A stretch of 64,000 bases of DNA from Terriglobia bacterium (GCA_963666975.2 CAXVYR010000004.1:2080001-2144000); one strand, 5' to 3'; counted from the first letter of the stretch, positions 10,515 through 22,138 are shown. The notes: generated from the sequence alone by a model not told the origin. Numbers and translations are program-made.

Positions 10515-11351
10515 ATGGCTGAGGAATTTGGCGACTTCAAACTTCCGCCAGGGATAGGGAAATGGATAGTTGTTGGTGCGATCGTACTTGTCGGACTCTT
10601 TGTGCTGGGGGGAGTCTTCGGAACGGTCGGCGCTGGACAACGGGGCGTCTTGCTGCAGTTTGGGGCCGTGACCGATACGATCCACGATGAAGGTCTCTAT
10701 TACAAGATTCCTTTTGTGCACGAGGTGGTTCTGATGTCCACCCAGATTCAGAAATACACCGCCCCGGCCACCTCTTCCAGCAAGGACTTGCAGGTGGTCT
10801 CCACGGAAGTCACCTTGAACTACCAGTTGGATTCTAACCAAGTGGGAGAAATTTATCGCAACATGCGACAGAATTATGAAAACACGGTCATCCAGCCGTT
10901 CATCCAGGAAGTGGTCAAATCGACCACGGCCAACTACGACGCCGAGCAGTTGATCACACAGAGGCCGCTGGTGAAAGACGCACTCCAAGCATCGCTGACG
11001 GAAAGGTTAGTTCCACTTGGGGTCAACGTTGTGGAACTCTCCATTACGGACTTTCAGTTCTCGCCGGCCTTCCAGGACTCCATCGAGGCCAAGGTGAGAG
11101 CGGTCCAGGCAGCCCTGGAGGCACAGAACGCCTTGGAGCGCGTGAAGTTTGAGTCGGAACAGGCCATCACCAGGGCCACAGCCGAAGCCCGAGGGCTGGA
11201 ACTCCAAAAAGAGCAGATAACGGATCAGTTGCTGGAGTTGCGGAAAATCGAGGTGCAAAGAACGGCGGTGGAGAAGTGGAACGGAGTGATGCCTTCCGTG
11301 GTCACCAGCGGCGGCCCGGTTCCCATTCTGGACATATTCAGCTCGCGGTAA
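10515..11351 (+). CDS. SPFH/prohibitin (band 7) membrane protein
   Basis: N-terminal TM, GVLLQFG, SKDLQ, AEQLITQR, IEAK coiled coil. AAGGAGG RBS. Confidence 0.9.
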   Translation: MAEEFGDFKLPPGIGKWIVVGAIVLVGLFVLGGVFGTVGAGQRGVLLQFGAVTDTIHDEGLYYKIPFVHEVVLMSTQIQKYTAPATSSSKDLQVVSTEVTLNYQLDSNQVGEIYRNMRQNYENTVIQPFIQEVVKSTTANYDAEQLITQRPLVKDALQASLTERLVPLGVNVVELSITDFQFSPAFQDSIEAKVRAVQAALEAQNALERVKFESEQAITRATAEARGLELQKEQITDQLLELRKIEVQRTAVEKWNGVMPSVVTSGGPVPILDIFSSR

Positions 11352-11589
11352 AGCAACGGCTGTTCGTCCCGCCTCCGCACGAAGGAGTCCTGCGCCAAAG
11401 CGCCTTGTTGACTGGCGGCTAATTGCCTCCCTTGCCCGCCAAAAGGGCTTCGGTGGCCGCCGGTTTCGTAGCACCATTTTCGATGCATCATCATCATTGC
11501 AGGCGCCTGGGGAAAAGATTGCAGATAAGAATGACAAATCCGTATTCTGAACGGCTTTACTTTTTTGCTTTTTTGGGGAAGAAGGGTTC

Positions 11590-12450
11590 ATGGGTGATAT
11601 CGCAGCGCCTTTGAGCGCGGTGCCGGCAGTTCGAGAGCTGTTTTCCCCCACTAAGGCCTCCATCGTCCTGGGAATTCACCTTGGAGCCATCGCCGCAATC
11701 TGGCATACCAACTGGACAGCCGTGGGGGTCTGTGTTCTGCTCCACGGGCTTTGCGGTGGCTTGGGGATTTGCGTAGGCTATCATCGCTTGCTCACCCATC
11801 GGTCGTTCCAGTGTCCCCGCGCGCTGGAATATACTCTGGCTTTGCTTGGCGTGCTCGCCGTGCAAGGGCCGCCGATCGAGTGGGTGACCCATCACCGCCA
11901 GCACCACCAATATCCGGACCAACAAGGGGATCCCCACAGCGCTCGCGGGAGTTTCTGGTGGAGTCACATCCTGTGGATATTCTGGAACCATTCCGTCGAA
12001 TCCCTGCAGAACGGCGTCGAGCAGCGCTACGTGCCCGACTTGCTGCGGCAGCCGTTTTACGGCTTTCTGGCCCGTGCGTACGTTTGGTTGAATCTCTTGC
12101 TCGCATTGCTGTTGTACTGGCTCGGCGGATGGCCTTTTGTGGTGTGGGGCATTTTCGTTCGGCTGGTCTTGACTTACCATTGCACCTTCCTGGTGAATTC
12201 AGCCAGCCACACTTTCGGATACAAGAGTTTCCCTACCAATGATCTCTCCACCAACTGCTGGTGGGTGGCGCTGTTGTCCTACGGCGAAGGATGGCACAAC
12301 AACCACCACGCCTTTCCCACGTCGGTTCGGCACGGATTCACGGCATGGGAGCTGGACCCTTCCTACTGGTTTATCCGCTTGCTGAAAGCATTTGGGCTGG
12401 CATGGGACCTTCGTTTGCCTATGCTCGGCAAAAAATCGGCGCCCATCTGA
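11590..12450 (+). CDS. Delta-9-type acyl-CoA/acyl-lipid fatty acid desaturase
   Basis: His boxes HRLLTH, HRQHH, HNNHH and GEGW. Confidence 0.92.
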   Translation: MGDIAAPLSAVPAVRELFSPTKASIVLGIHLGAIAAIWHTNWTAVGVCVLLHGLCGGLGICVGYHRLLTHRSFQCPRALEYTLALLGVLAVQGPPIEWVTHHRQHHQYPDQQGDPHSARGSFWWSHILWIFWNHSVESLQNGVEQRYVPDLLRQPFYGFLARAYVWLNLLLALLLYWLGGWPFVVWGIFVRLVLTYHCTFLVNSASHTFGYKSFPTNDLSTNCWWVALLSYGEGWHNNHHAFPTSVRHGFTAWELDPSYWFIRLLKAFGLAWDLRLPMLGKKSAPI

Positions 12451-12594
12451 CTTTCGGATCTGCAACCCAAACCGTAACCTTTTCCGGAGAACCGTCGCTT
12501 GGGGGGATGGTGTCGCTGCTCGGTTAGGCAACTCGACGGAGCTCCGGCGTAGCATTGCCACGAGGCTTGCGGACAATAGAGCGGAGCCGATCAC

Positions 12595-13465
12595 CGTTAT
12601 TAGCAAGTTAAACTGTCCGGTATTTGTAGCAAGTGAAATGTCCGGTTTCATGATTCTACCGAGAGTGGTTTGGCGCTGACCGAAGGAGCCCGCAGGGCTA
12701 CTGAGGTTAGTGCCGAATGGTGTCGTCGGGAAGCCACGGGGCTTGTGGGCGGCGGTTGCCGGACCGGACCGCCATCCCCACAGAGGAGTAGCGGCCCACT
12801 GTGTGCGGTCCATATTGTCCCGATTGACCACCCGTTCGTGCTGGATCGAGAAGATGCGGCCTAACTCCCGTCTGGCTGACGGCAAAAAGGCGCTGCCCGG
12901 TTGGGTGGCCGGCACGGCAAAGCGCCGATTAAACTCCCCGATATAGCTCTCCCGCAGGAACTCATTCGCGGCCTCTTAGCGTCGTGATCCCCCGCAGGCG
13001 CAGTTCCTGCGGCAGCCGCCCTTTGCCAGGTCCCGAAGTTCCGCTCGCTCCGTCCCCGCGCCTGCGGCGAGCAGGCCGGAATCATCTGAATGCCCAGCTC
13101 CCGCAGCGCCCGGCCCACCTGGGTCAGCCGTTGCCGATCGACCAGATCACCCGCCTTTCGGGTCAGGAAGAAATGACTGGCCCGGTCGCTATAGAGGGCG
13201 CAAAAGATCCCCTGCTGCTCCACCACCGCATCTGCCGGTCGCTGATCCCGATGATCTCGGCTGCCTGCCACCAGTTGATTCGCTTCCCTATCGCTCGCTA
13301 GATTACTTCTTGTATCTTCATTGCCCGCTCCATATCGCCCGCTCCATCGCGGCCCTCGGGTATGACTCCCTCTCCACCTCCTGGATAGATGCTCTTAACC
13401 CAGGCCGCCTTCCAAGCGGACACTTCACTTGCGAATTCCACCGGACATATCCTCTGCTAACGACA
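12595..13465 (-). mobile_element. Internally deleted ISNCY (IS1202-like) element
   Basis: Transposase fragments YSDRASHF and SPQARGRSERNFGTWQ. Both ends carry repeated TAGCAAG...TGTCCGG units (TGTCGTTAGCAG... / CGTTATTAGCAAG...). Confidence 0.7.
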
Positions 13466-13680
13466 TCGTGCGAATATTTGCTTGACACAGAACGTAACAG
13501 TAACTAGTATATGTGGTGGTATTGTTGTGCTTCGGCGTACTGCGAAAAGCAAGTGTTTATAGCCACCGTTTCTGCTATGGCAGTCAGGTGGCTTTTTTCT
13601 GGTCCAAACGGTCCTGCACAGCTGAGTGGTTCCCGTCGTTCCAACCCACAACGGTTTTGTAAAAGGAGGAGCAAAGTACA

Positions 13681-13893
13681 TTGTCACGCACTACCGGAAA
13701 AATAAAATGGTTTAACAACACCAAGGGTTATGGCTTCATCGGCCTAGACGACGGGGCGGACGTGTTCGTTCACTATTCCGCCGTTCAGGGAGAGGGTTAC
13801 AAGACTCTCCAAGAGGGTGATCTGGTGGAGTTCGAGGTCACTCAGGGCCAGAAGGGCCCGCAGGCGGAAGACGTAACCAAAGTAGAACCTTAA
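13681..13893 (+). CDS. Cold-shock protein (CspA family)
   Basis: [37 protein letters not shown] and TTG start. Confidence 0.95.
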   Translation: MSRTTGKIKWFNNTKGYGFIGLDDGADVFVHYSAVQGEGYKTLQEGDLVEFEVTQGQKGPQAEDVTKVEP

Positions 13894-13935
13894 CCAGTAT
13901 AACTTCCGATTAAAAGCCAACCGGCTTTTGAAAAC

Positions 13936-13973
13936 AGCCCAGCGCTCTTGAGAATAGAGATGCTGGGTTTTTT
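13936..13973 (+). terminator. Probable intrinsic terminator after csp
   Basis: GCCCAGC...GCTGGGT stem followed by a T-run. Confidence 0.55.
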
Positions 13974-14099
13974 CATGTTGGGCCTGTCTGATTTCTCCTG
14001 GCGGCGGCAAAAAATGTTTTGATCTTTATATGAGTTTTCTCCAATTTTGACCTGCACCCGGTTGTTGATCAACTTTCTATGTTGGTCCATACGCCGTTG

Positions 14100-14400
14100 C
14101 AGCCGGGTGGAGCGGCTGGTAGCCCAACGCGCTGTGCGGGCGAACGTTGTTTTACACAGCGCCGCCATGACGCCGCACAGCGCACTTGGAAAAAGCCTGA
14201 ACAATCCACATGGATTACTGAAAAGGAATATCTCGAACAGATACAGCCCCGTCTTGCAGGGGTTACACTCTCGGTCTTGTCATCGACACTCGGCATTTCT
14301 GAGCCTTACGCAGTTGCTATCCGTGCAGGGAGGCGGGTTCCGCATCCACGACATTGGCAGACGCTGGCACGGCTTGTTGGAATCGGGCCGAGAGGAGATG
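14100..14400 (+). pseudogene. HTH-like C-terminal remnant (paralogue of 38196-38545; putative Cas1-solo tail)
   Basis: YLEQIQPRLAGVTLSVLSSTLG...IRAGRRVPHPRHWQTLA is shared with 38196-38545. No start or upstream body. Confidence 0.5.
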
Positions 14401-15062
14401 AAATGGCGTCGAAAACTGCAGTGGAACAATTTTGATCTCTCCAATCTGTCGATTTACAATCACGAACTGCTGAACGGGACGCTTTGCACAGGACGGAAAG
14501 GGTTTTGGCTCAATTTTTGGAAAGCCGACCACTCGACCTCCTTGCAATACCAGGACGCTCCCTCGATCTGCTCTGAGCTATTGCAGAAGGAACTGGATAG
14601 CGAAACCCAAGAATCGCTCGCCAAATCCCGCCTGAATATCGGCGAGCAGTATTTAGGGGAATACATGGAACGGCACTATCATCGTAAACGCTCGTAAGCA
14701 GGAACCTTACCGCCACGCTCCAACTCTCAGATTTCCTACGCGGCTGGCTTGTATCTTTACGGCAGCCAAAACCATGTGATCTTTGCACAGCCAATCGGGA
14801 CCCCTCACTGTGATGTACATTCGCACTACGAGTGGCACAAAAGATCGGTCTGGTCAACAGGAATGGCCACGGGAGACGTGGGGGCCGCGTCAGATTCATA
14901 CACATTCTTCTCATTGCTGATCCTTAAGTTTTGAGCGGAAAAACTGGAAGCCCGCGCCAAGGCCGTCCGGGCCAAGCACGCCGAATGACAAGCCCGCAGC
15001 AGGGGTCTTCATTAAGCGTTACTGAAAACTCGACAGCGACCAGTTATCAAAACGGATCCGGT

Positions 15063-15812
15063 CTAAATGGCTTTCATGCGCTCGTACAATGGCGCTGCCT
15101 TTTTGTCCTTGCCTTGGGCACGGTAGAGGTCCGTAAGGTTTCTGAGTCGCGTGGCCACTTTGGGGTGGTTAGGTCCGAAGACCTTCTCCACAATCGCGAG
15201 CGACCGCTTATACAAAGGCTCCGCCTCGCCGTACCTTTCCTGGTCGTGGTAGAGACTGGCAAGGTTGTTGAGGATGGTGGCCGTCTCGCGGTGTTGATCT
15301 CCTGCTGTCTTCTTGCTGACTTTTAACGCTCGCTTGTATAGCCGCTCGGCTACCTCATAATTCTCTTGGGAATGGTAGAGTGCCGCAAGCTTGTTCAACA
15401 TCCCGACCGTCTGGGGGATATTGGATAAAAGCCTTGATGATTCTTGCTCGGGCAAAAGGAGTAGCAGCGCCTCACTTGTTCGGATTTCGGACATTTGCGG
15501 AGAAAGGTTCTGGACAGGCGAGCAAGGAAGAGTGATTGCCTCGTCACCCGCGGATCCACGGTCGGCATCTTCGGTAAGAACCAACACCGCCACTCCTGGG
15601 GAAGCAATTTGCAATTTCCGTACAATCTGTTCTGAGCTGTTTTCGCCTAACAGGGAGTCTGCCAGCACTAAGACATAGGCTTCTTGACGTAAAAGGTTCT
15701 TAGCTTCTGAATAAGAGCCCGCGGTTGCACAGCTATGTCCTGCGAACTCTAATACCAAAGCCAGACCTTCCCTTTCCTTTGGATGATTTCCAAGTACAAG
15801 AATTTTTGCCAT
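15063..15812 (-). CDS. Atypical receiver domain + tetratricopeptide repeat protein
   Basis: N-terminal REC-like fold (KILVL..., VLADS). C-terminal LNNLASLY...AEPLYKRSLAI kinesin-light-chain-like TPRs. Confidence 0.8.
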   Translation of the reverse strand: MAKILVLGNHPKEREGLALVLEFAGHSCATAGSYSEAKNLLRQEAYVLVLADSLLGENSSEQIVRKLQIASPGVAVLVLTEDADRGSAGDEAITLPCSPVQNLSPQMSEIRTSEALLLLLPEQESSRLLSNIPQTVGMLNKLAALYHSQENYEVAERLYKRALKVSKKTAGDQHRETATILNNLASLYHDQERYGEAEPLYKRSLAIVEKVFGPNHPKVATRLRNLTDLYRAQGKDKKAAPLYERMKAI

Positions 15813-16188
15813 GTTTCACCCGGAATTTCCTTTTGGGCCCTTCCGGCTCGCGAGTATACACCCATCAGCCTCCAACTGAGCCCTTCCAGCGCAGTTTTGC
15901 TCTCAGGGGGCTCCGAGCGGGCATCCAGATCCTGAAAATCTGTGGGCCCAGCTTCCAGAACCAGCTTTTTCAGACACCCCTCCATTCCTGGGAGATAGCA
16001 GAATCGATTTCGACACATGAGAAACCCCGGCAATTTTGCGATGCCAATTTGCCGGGGCTACCGCTTCTCTCCTGCCATTGACAAGAAAGCATTGACGGAA
16101 TTCAACTGTCTTGGTACGCTGCCGTCGCAAAGATTTGTCATTTACCGGGTTGCTTTCCACGAAGCACCGTGATCGGAAAGGGTAGCGA

Positions 16189-17163
16189 ATGGAGGGAAAA
16201 AGGATGGGGATCTCAAAGAGGAAGTTCCTTGCGGGCTCCGTGATAGGCTTTGCCCTCTTGTCTCTGTTCAGTCCAATAATAGCCTATGGAAGATGCATGG
16301 AGAACCCCAAGTTCGTCGATGTCGGGGGGATCAAGACACGATACTTTGAAGGAGGAAGCGGAGAAACCCTGGTGCTGGTGCACGGGGGCCAATTCGGGAG
16401 CAACTACTCTGCAGATGTGTGGAGTTTGAATTTTGACATTCTATGCGAACATTTCCACGTGTACGCATTCGACAAACTGGGTCAAGGCGATACGGACAAC
16501 CCCAAGAACGACGCCGACTACACCATGAAAGCAGTCATCCAGCACACTTATCAGTTCCTTCGCACGATGGGCATCCAGAGAGCGAATCTCCTGGGACACT
16601 CTCGAGGCGCCCTGCCTGTAGCACGCATTGCGGTTGATCATCCAGATATGGTGAAGAACCTGATTATCCTGGACAGCAGCACCCTCGCACCTTATGATCC
16701 GGCTGCCGCAGCCGCCCAGAGAAAACTGGTGGAAGAAACTTCTGCAAATGCACCGCCGACCCCAACCAGGGAATTCCTGCGCCGGGAACCGGAATACAGT
16801 TCCTATTTGAAAGACCATATCACCGATGCGTTTATCGAGAAGAACTTAAGGGTTGCTTTGCTTCCAAAGATGGCTGAAGCTCGAAAAAAAAGTCGCTTGC
16901 CCGATGTAGAGAAAGTAAAAAACGAAACCCTAGACTTAATCAAGGCCGGACATCTGAAGGCAGACACACTGATCATCTGGGGGTTTAATGATCGTACCGC
17001 CCCGTATTCGCTAGGCATAGAACTTTTGAAGATCATTTCTCCGGTCGTCGACCGGACCCAATTACACATTTTTAATCAGGCTGGGCATTACGTATATAGA
17101 GAACACCCTGCTGAGGTTGACCGGCTCATCGTGGAGTTCATTAAAGGCCCATCCTCAAATTAA
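16189..17163 (+). CDS. Alpha/beta hydrolase (MhpC/BphD-like fold)
   Basis: VHGG, DKLGQG, GHSRG nucleophile elbow, WGFND, GHYVYREHP. Confidence 0.88.
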   Translation: MEGKRMGISKRKFLAGSVIGFALLSLFSPIIAYGRCMENPKFVDVGGIKTRYFEGGSGETLVLVHGGQFGSNYSADVWSLNFDILCEHFHVYAFDKLGQGDTDNPKNDADYTMKAVIQHTYQFLRTMGIQRANLLGHSRGALPVARIAVDHPDMVKNLIILDSSTLAPYDPAAAAAQRKLVEETSANAPPTPTREFLRREPEYSSYLKDHITDAFIEKNLRVALLPKMAEARKKSRLPDVEKVKNETLDLIKAGHLKADTLIIWGFNDRTAPYSLGIELLKIISPVVDRTQLHIFNQAGHYVYREHPAEVDRLIVEFIKGPSSN

Positions 17164-17184
17164 GTCTGGGGTTGGCTCTTTATC

Positions 17185-18038
17185 CCGGATTTCCGTTTTA
17201 AACCTCCAAAGCTAATCTTATACTGACCTCCGACGCCGATATTTATGCTGGTTCCAGCGTCAATACAGCTTCCGGAGGTGAAAACCCAGTGGGCGAGAGG
17301 CGAAATCAGCCCTTGCAGTTCTCTTTCAATCTGTGTTGAAGGTCGAATTCCAGGGGTCGCGGGTTACATCCGACGGCGGCCTCATTCTGGTACGCGAGTT
17401 GGATGAGCGTTTGGGATTCAGCAAACTCATCGCGCAGCACTTGACCGACTCTCGGGGCATGAACACAAAGTTCGCTCTAGCCGACATGGTCCGGCAATCG
17501 GTTTACAGCCGGTTGGCGGGATATGAAGACATGAATGACGCGGCTGATCTGCCGCCGGTTCCGGTCGAACGAGGTGCGGCTGTGGCTGACCATCATTGCC
17601 TATACCCTGGGCAACCTTTGGCGGCGACTTGTATTGCCACAGAGGATCGGGAACTGGCCGTTGACGAGCTTGCAGCAGCGGTTGGTGAAGACCGGAGGTC
17701 GGCTGGTGAAACATGCGCGCTATTACTGGCTTTTGCTGGCCAAAGGGCACTTGAGCCGGAGACGGTTCAGCAGCATGCTGCGAACGATCTCGGCACTGCC
17801 GCTGCCAGACGGCTAGCGACCCAGGAGAGAGGGGAATTTAGCTGTTCAGAAGTGGTCAGGTGGATGAGCGTCAGCGGCGAGGCAGGCTGGGGAGGGCAAA
17901 ACCCGCACAGCAACTCCGCAGAACGGCCAAAACGAGCTGCACTACCACCTCAAAGAAGCCAGGGCGATTTGCCCTTGACACGGCAGGGTAGAAGACATAG
18001 GTTTTCGGGTGAGGTGGAGCTCATAATGGAAATTCCGG
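17185..18038 (+). mobile_element. Internally deleted IS1380-family element
   Basis: IRs CCGGATTTCC / GGAAATTCCGG. N-terminal VTSDGGL...LAGYED is fused out of frame to C-terminal NEVRLWL...LVKTGGRLVKHARYYWL. Confidence 0.8.
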
Positions 18039-18060
18039 TTAAAAGGTGAGGAGGGTAAAG

Positions 18061-19989
18061 ATGAAAGGGAGGAAAATGGGCAGTCTGTTTGTGGTTCTGG
18101 GATGGGCGCTGGTGGCCAGTTTTTCATTGCAAGCCCAGCAAGCACCCTCCGATATGATCTTTGTTAACGGCAAGATCGTCACTGTGGATGACAGCAGCTT
18201 CAATTCTAACTTGGGGACCATTGCCCAGGCCATGCACGTGAAAGATGGAAAGATTTTGCACGTCGGAACCAACAACCAGATTCGCCCCATGGCGGGTTCT
18301 GACACCAAAATCGTTGATCTGAAGGGGCGAACGATGCTTCCGGGGTTCATCCTAACCCATGAGCATCCCTGGGATTGGAGTCCGGTATCCCCGCCAATCA
18401 TCCAGAAGGTTCTCACGGATGACATCGTCGTAACACGGGCGCTGACGGGGAGTCCGGATGAAAACCTTAAGGCATTTCCAGGGGTGTTGTCGGAGGCGGT
18501 GAGCAAAGCCAAGCCGGGGCAGTGGATTTACATCGTGTTTACTCTGGGCAGAAATTATGAGTACAGCCTGGGCGGGAACGGCGGCTATGGAAGAAACGGG
18601 CTTGACCCCGCAGTGTTTAATGTCCTGGATGGCGAACGGATCACTACAGAACAACTCGATGCGGCAGCTCCAAACAATTTTGTCCTGTTGCGAGATGTCT
18701 TCGTATCAACCGTCATGAACCAGAAGGCAATCGATGCCGGGATCGAAGCGTTCCCGGACCCCTGCACCAATTCTTTGGTACCTAACCCTAACAATGAGAC
18801 GGAATGTGCCAATTCGCCTGCCCGCATGCCCATGCGGTGGATGGCTGAGGACGTGATGCTAAAGGATCATTATTCTCAATTGGTGGAGATTCAACGCTTG
18901 GGGTTGGAATGGTGGGCTGGCTATGGGATGACCGCTTATGCCTCCAATGCTTACTCTCCTTCCAATCTAAAGGTTTATAAGGATCTGGACGGCAGAGGGC
19001 AGATGCCCATCCGAAATATGTGGACCTGGAACTGGCATCCAGAAATGTTCAAAGATCCCTTCTTGCTAACCAGCGTGGCAACCCGTACAGGAGAGGGGAG
19101 TGATTATTTATGGTATGGAGGGGCGACGATTGCCGTCGGGCGTGGTTGCACCCAAGCGAAGCCTCTGGCCAGTTCCAAGTTGGTCCAGAATAGTGCCATG
19201 CAGGTAGAACAGCGTATTTCTTCCTGTGCCTATGCTCCGGGCTCAGTCCCGGCAAGATTGCTGTATGACTATGTCCAGGCTGGCGGTCGATTTGTAAATC
19301 TGCACACCATCGGAGATGGGGACATTGACAACATCATGAACGTTATTGTGAGGGCCAGCAAGGACGCTGGAATGACGGACGAGGAAATTCGGGCGAAACG
19401 GCACGGTTTCGACCATACTACGATGTGGCCTCGCCCCGATCAGATTCCGATGATGAAGCAATACAACTTCCTGGCCAGTGGCGATGGTTACGAAGTTGTA
19501 CAGGCTTCTCCGGCGGTTTTCGATATCTTCGGGGAAAGGGTGGCGGGCTGGATCGTTCCCAAGAGACGGCTGGTCGAGGGGGGGATCTATAACACCATCG
19601 AAGTAGACCGCGCCCTTCCCACCACGGATCTGTCCATTTTCTCGGGGGGTATATCTCCGATCATCACCCGGAAGAGTTGGGATGGAAAGGTGTATGCTTC
19701 CGGCCAACGGGTGGATCGGGAAACCGCGTTGAAAATTGCCTCCACCTGGGGCGCCTACTACGTATTGCGGGAGAATGAATTGGGTTCCCTCGAGCCGGGT
19801 AAGTGGGCCGATTTCATGGTGCTGGATCGCGACTACCTCACTATTCCCGAGGACGACATCGCCAACATTCGGGTCTTAATGACCATGGTGGGCGGCAAGG
19901 TCGTGCACTTGGTTCCTTCCATGGCTCGGGAGATCGGCTTGCAATCGGCGGGAGCGATGGTACAGCTCGGCCCCGCTGCCCAATGGTAA
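18061..19989 (+). CDS. Exported amidohydrolase-3 (YtcJ-like) family protein
   Basis: Signal peptide, NGKIVT, DLKGRTMLPGFILTHEH, HTIGD, GSLEPGKWADFMVLDRD. Confidence 0.88.
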   Translation: MKGRKMGSLFVVLGWALVASFSLQAQQAPSDMIFVNGKIVTVDDSSFNSNLGTIAQAMHVKDGKILHVGTNNQIRPMAGSDTKIVDLKGRTMLPGFILTHEHPWDWSPVSPPIIQKVLTDDIVVTRALTGSPDENLKAFPGVLSEAVSKAKPGQWIYIVFTLGRNYEYSLGGNGGYGRNGLDPAVFNVLDGERITTEQLDAAAPNNFVLLRDVFVSTVMNQKAIDAGIEAFPDPCTNSLVPNPNNETECANSPARMPMRWMAEDVMLKDHYSQLVEIQRLGLEWWAGYGMTAYASNAYSPSNLKVYKDLDGRGQMPIRNMWTWNWHPEMFKDPFLLTSVATRTGEGSDYLWYGGATIAVGRGCTQAKPLASSKLVQNSAMQVEQRISSCAYAPGSVPARLLYDYVQAGGRFVNLHTIGDGDIDNIMNVIVRASKDAGMTDEEIRAKRHGFDHTTMWPRPDQIPMMKQYNFLASGDGYEVVQASPAVFDIFGERVAGWIVPKRRLVEGGIYNTIEVDRALPTTDLSIFSGGISPIITRKSWDGKVYASGQRVDRETALKIASTWGAYYVLRENELGSLEPGKWADFMVLDRDYLTIPEDDIANIRVLMTMVGGKVVHLVPSMAREIGLQSAGAMVQLGPAAQW

Positions 19990-20056
19990 ACTGGTTGGAG
20001 TTTTTCCGAACAGGAGCCGTTGTCGAAAAGTAACTGCGGGAAAGCGTGAAGTCCAC

Positions 20057-20104
20057 GCAAAAAGCCGGGTTCCCGGGAAGAGGAATTCCCAGCCCGGCTT
20101 TTTG
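20057..20104. terminator. Bidirectional terminator-like hairpin
   Basis: GCAAAAAGCCGGG...CCCGGCTTTTTGC. Confidence 0.55.
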
Positions 20105-20319
20105 CCGCTTTTGCCCCGCCAGCCCAGGAAATTTACACCGGTTAAAGAGTTGAAGCGGCGGGCGCCTGCGGGGAATTAATAATTGGAAAAGCCCATCTCC
20201 TCAGCTGAACCGCTCACCCCGACATAGATAAGATTTCGGGCAATCATGAAAGGGCACACAGTTGCTCTTCGCCTGGGCAGGATGGGCACGCCCGGCCGTT
20301 ATTATTGGGGATACCCCGA

Positions 20320-21990
20320 ATGCAGACGTTCAACGCCATACTGTCAGCGGTCAACGGCATCCTTTGGCACGACGCGGTCCTCTACGTCATCCTCGGCGTC
20401 GGCGCGCTCCTGGTAATCTGGACCAAGTTCGGGCCCCTCGTTGCGCTCACACACGGCGTAGCCATCATCCGGGGCAAGTTCGACGACAAGAATGACCCGG
20501 GCGCAATCAACCACTTCCAAGCTCTTTCAGCAGCCCTTTCAGCAACGGTCGGCCTCGGCAACATCGGCGGGGTCGCAGTGGCGATCTCACTGGGTGGCCC
20601 CGGAGCCGTGTTCTGGATGTGGGTCATCGGCATCGTCGGGATGGCGCTCAAGATGACCGAAGTCACCCAGTCCATGCTCTACCGGAACACGGCCGACCCG
20701 GACAACCCGCACGGTGGACCGATGTTTGTCGTCAGCCATGGACTGGCAGCGATGAACCCTGCGCTTGCGGGCCTCGGACGCTGGATCGGGTATGTCTTCT
20801 GTGTCACGTTGCTCATTTCGACAGTCACGGGCGGCAACATGTTCCAGGCATGGAATGCGGGCAACGTAACGGAACTGAATTTTGGCGTTCCGGAGCTGCT
20901 CACGGGTCTCGTTCTAGCCGTTATCACGGCGCTCGTGATCATCGGCGGGATCAAACGGATCGGCGCGGTCGCCGGCAGGCTCGTACCGTTCATGTGTGGA
21001 CTGTATCTGGTGGCAAGCGCTTACGTCCTGATTGTCAACTTTGCGGGCATTCCCGATCTGATTCGGTTGATCGTCACATCAGCCTTCAACCCCGTCGAAG
21101 CCCAGGGAGCCTTCCTCGGAGGCACATCCGGCTATGCCTTTCTTTGGGGTATGAAGCGGGCCCTTTTCTCGAACGAGGCCGGTCAGGGCTCTGCGCCCAT
21201 CGTGCATTGCGCAGCGCGAACCGACGAACCCGTGCGCGAGGGGATCGTCGCCGGCTTGGAACCGTTCATCGATACGATCATCGTCTGTACGCTGACCGCG
21301 CTCGTCATCCTGTCCAGCGGAGCCTGGAACCGGCCACCCGACGCAATGTTGGAAACTCCGGTGGTGGTTGAGGCGGAGTCAGGTCAGTGGACTCTTGAGT
21401 CGGGACTACTGCCGCCGAACCCCCTCTGGCAGGCAGGGCAGGACGTTTTTACGGTCCTCGACACCGGCCTCGTAAGCGAACAGACCGGGGCATCGCTGGT
21501 CGAGCTCTTCGGAATGGTGCAGGAATCCAACGGAGAGTACAGCGTTGAGTGGGGCGCCTACACCGGCAACCGGGCCCCTACCATCCACACGGGCGGCGTC
21601 TACGTCGTTTACACCGGCGCCAGTCTGACTAGCTACGCCTTCGATCGCGTGCGTCCGGGCCTCGGCCGTTGGCTCGTGACACTCGCTTCGTGGCTCTTCG
21701 CGGTCTCCACAATGATCTCGTGGAGCTATTATGGAGAGCAGGGCATCGTTTTTATGCTGGGCACCAAGTGGGTTCGAACTTACAAGATCATCTACTGCCT
21801 GCTCATCCTCGTGGCTACTTCCGGGTTCGTCACGACGGACGCGGAACTGGATGCGCTGACCGGGCTGGGGACGGGATTCATGCTTTTCGCCAACATTCCG
21901 ATCATCCTGATTTTCAGCCGTCAGGCAATGACCAAGTACCACGAGTACATCGGGCGGTTGCGCTCCGGCAAGATGCAGCCTAACGCGTAA
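20320..21990 (+). CDS. alsT: Sodium:alanine/glycine symporter (AGCS family)
   Basis: ALSATVGLGNIGGVA, GGPGAVFWMW, FSNEAGQGS, EPFIDTIIVCT. Confidence 0.9.
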   Translation: MQTFNAILSAVNGILWHDAVLYVILGVGALLVIWTKFGPLVALTHGVAIIRGKFDDKNDPGAINHFQALSAALSATVGLGNIGGVAVAISLGGPGAVFWMWVIGIVGMALKMTEVTQSMLYRNTADPDNPHGGPMFVVSHGLAAMNPALAGLGRWIGYVFCVTLLISTVTGGNMFQAWNAGNVTELNFGVPELLTGLVLAVITALVIIGGIKRIGAVAGRLVPFMCGLYLVASAYVLIVNFAGIPDLIRLIVTSAFNPVEAQGAFLGGTSGYAFLWGMKRALFSNEAGQGSAPIVHCAARTDEPVREGIVAGLEPFIDTIIVCTLTALVILSSGAWNRPPDAMLETPVVVEAESGQWTLESGLLPPNPLWQAGQDVFTVLDTGLVSEQTGASLVELFGMVQESNGEYSVEWGAYTGNRAPTIHTGGVYVVYTGASLTSYAFDRVRPGLGRWLVTLASWLFAVSTMISWSYYGEQGIVFMLGTKWVRTYKIIYCLLILVATSGFVTTDAELDALTGLGTGFMLFANIPIILIFSRQAMTKYHEYIGRLRSGKMQPNA

Positions 21991-22138
21991 TTCAAGGCGT
22001 GCGGCAGTTCCGGCGCGTACCCCCATCAATGCCAATCAATAGAGGTACCCGCTACGTTTTCGGCTACAGTGCTAAAAATCTCAGTGAAAATGGTGGTCAG
22101 TGGGGTGGTTTAACCCGCAACAGGTCAACAAGATGGAA

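Noticed and set aside
12560-13500. Xer/dif site next to the IS1202-like remnant
   Set aside because: No convincing XerC/XerD arm pair or long target duplication was recognisable.
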